IMG/VR virus record: IMGVR_UViG_3300045988_054763
DNA from: a virus
DNA length: 42,369 nucleotides
Direction: 5' to 3' (one strand)
Shown here: positions 42,220 to 42,369 of the stretch, piece after piece
How positions within the stretch are numbered: the stretch's first letter is position 1
Layout of the letters: every line of letters begins with the position of its first letter
Translations under genes and position numbers: made by a program
The notes under the pieces: model-generated
Told to the model about the DNA's origin: nothing
Databases searched by the model: none
The model's input: only the letters and a program-made list of their open reading frames with translations

Positions 42220-42369
42220 TGTATGTTTTGCGCGTTTGGGGCGCATCTCGAAAAGGGAGAAAACCGGTTTGAGCGCATGAAACACACGCACCCAAAGCAC
42301 TATGAGTTTTGCATCGGCGGCGGGGAGTTTGATCCCGCGGATGGGCTATGGAAACCCAACGAAAAGGGA
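42220..42369 (+). CDS. PAPS-reductase-like protein, exon 2 (continues at 76-120 through the circular junction)
   Basis: CMFCAFGAHLEKGENRFERMKHTHPKHYEFCIGGGEF... is in frame with exon 1 and preceded by an in-frame TAA at 42214-16. Confidence 0.7.
42295..42369. repeat. Terminal direct repeat, right copy (identical to 1-75)
   Basis: Exact 75-nt identity with the window start. Confidence 0.95.

Larger units (their letters stand above)
1..42369. mobile_element. Complete temperate tailed-phage genome (siphovirus-like), closed by a terminal overlap
   Basis: Full set of packaging, head, tail, lysis, lysogeny and replication modules. The 75-nt ends are identical. One ORF is continuous across the junction. 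Confidence 0.85.

Overview
The window is a complete, gene-dense genome of a temperate siphovirus-like tailed phage. Bases 1-75 are identical to 42295-42369, so the assembly closes on itself (circular or terminally redundant). One gene reads across that junction. Codon usage, strong GGAGG-type ribosome-binding sites and the gene families suggest a fairly GC-rich Firmicute (Clostridia-like) host; that is inference only.

Module order on the + strand:
- 122-3885: early operon of small Cys-rich proteins, a beta-class N6/N4 DNA methyltransferase and an XRE regulator.
- 3886-4538: about 650 nt with no ORF, dense in hairpins, containing a tRNA-like element.
- 4539-14800: packaging and head genes (terS, terL, portal, gp7-like, scaffold, capsid with an Ig-like tail), then connector and tail genes.
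- 14831-15448: a reverse-strand AT-rich moron.
- 15528-22658: tape measure, baseplate and tail-fibre genes.
- 22687-23006: a type I toxin-antitoxin locus.
- 23034-24895: lysis cassette.
- 24963-29658: cargo block of low-complexity proteins of unknown function.
- 29694-33626: candidate attP, large serine integrase, membrane-anchored XRE protein, an AT-rich orphan gene, and a cI/cro-like switch.
- 33644-42369: replication, recombination and DNA-modification genes (NinB-like, HNH, SSB, DnaD-like protein, C5 methyltransferase, PAPS-reductase-like protein).

Most notable observations:
1. A td-like group I intron splits the PAPS-reductase-like gene and carries a truncated GIY-YIG gene on the antisense strand.
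2. The C5 methyltransferase has a circularly permuted motif order (IV-X, then I-III).
3. A convergent-promoter type I TA pairs a 29-aa holin-like toxin with a 3'-overlapping antisense RNA.
4. A protein with a RAMP/Cas6-like C-terminal glycine-rich loop sits behind a leader holding two very long hairpins.
5. A large ORF-free structured region contains a degenerate tRNA-Trp-like element.
6. An AT-rich 336-aa orphan sits in the lysogeny module and is a candidate defence or exclusion gene.

I saw no CRISPR array, rRNA gene or transposase. All family assignments come from motif recognition by eye, not from searches.
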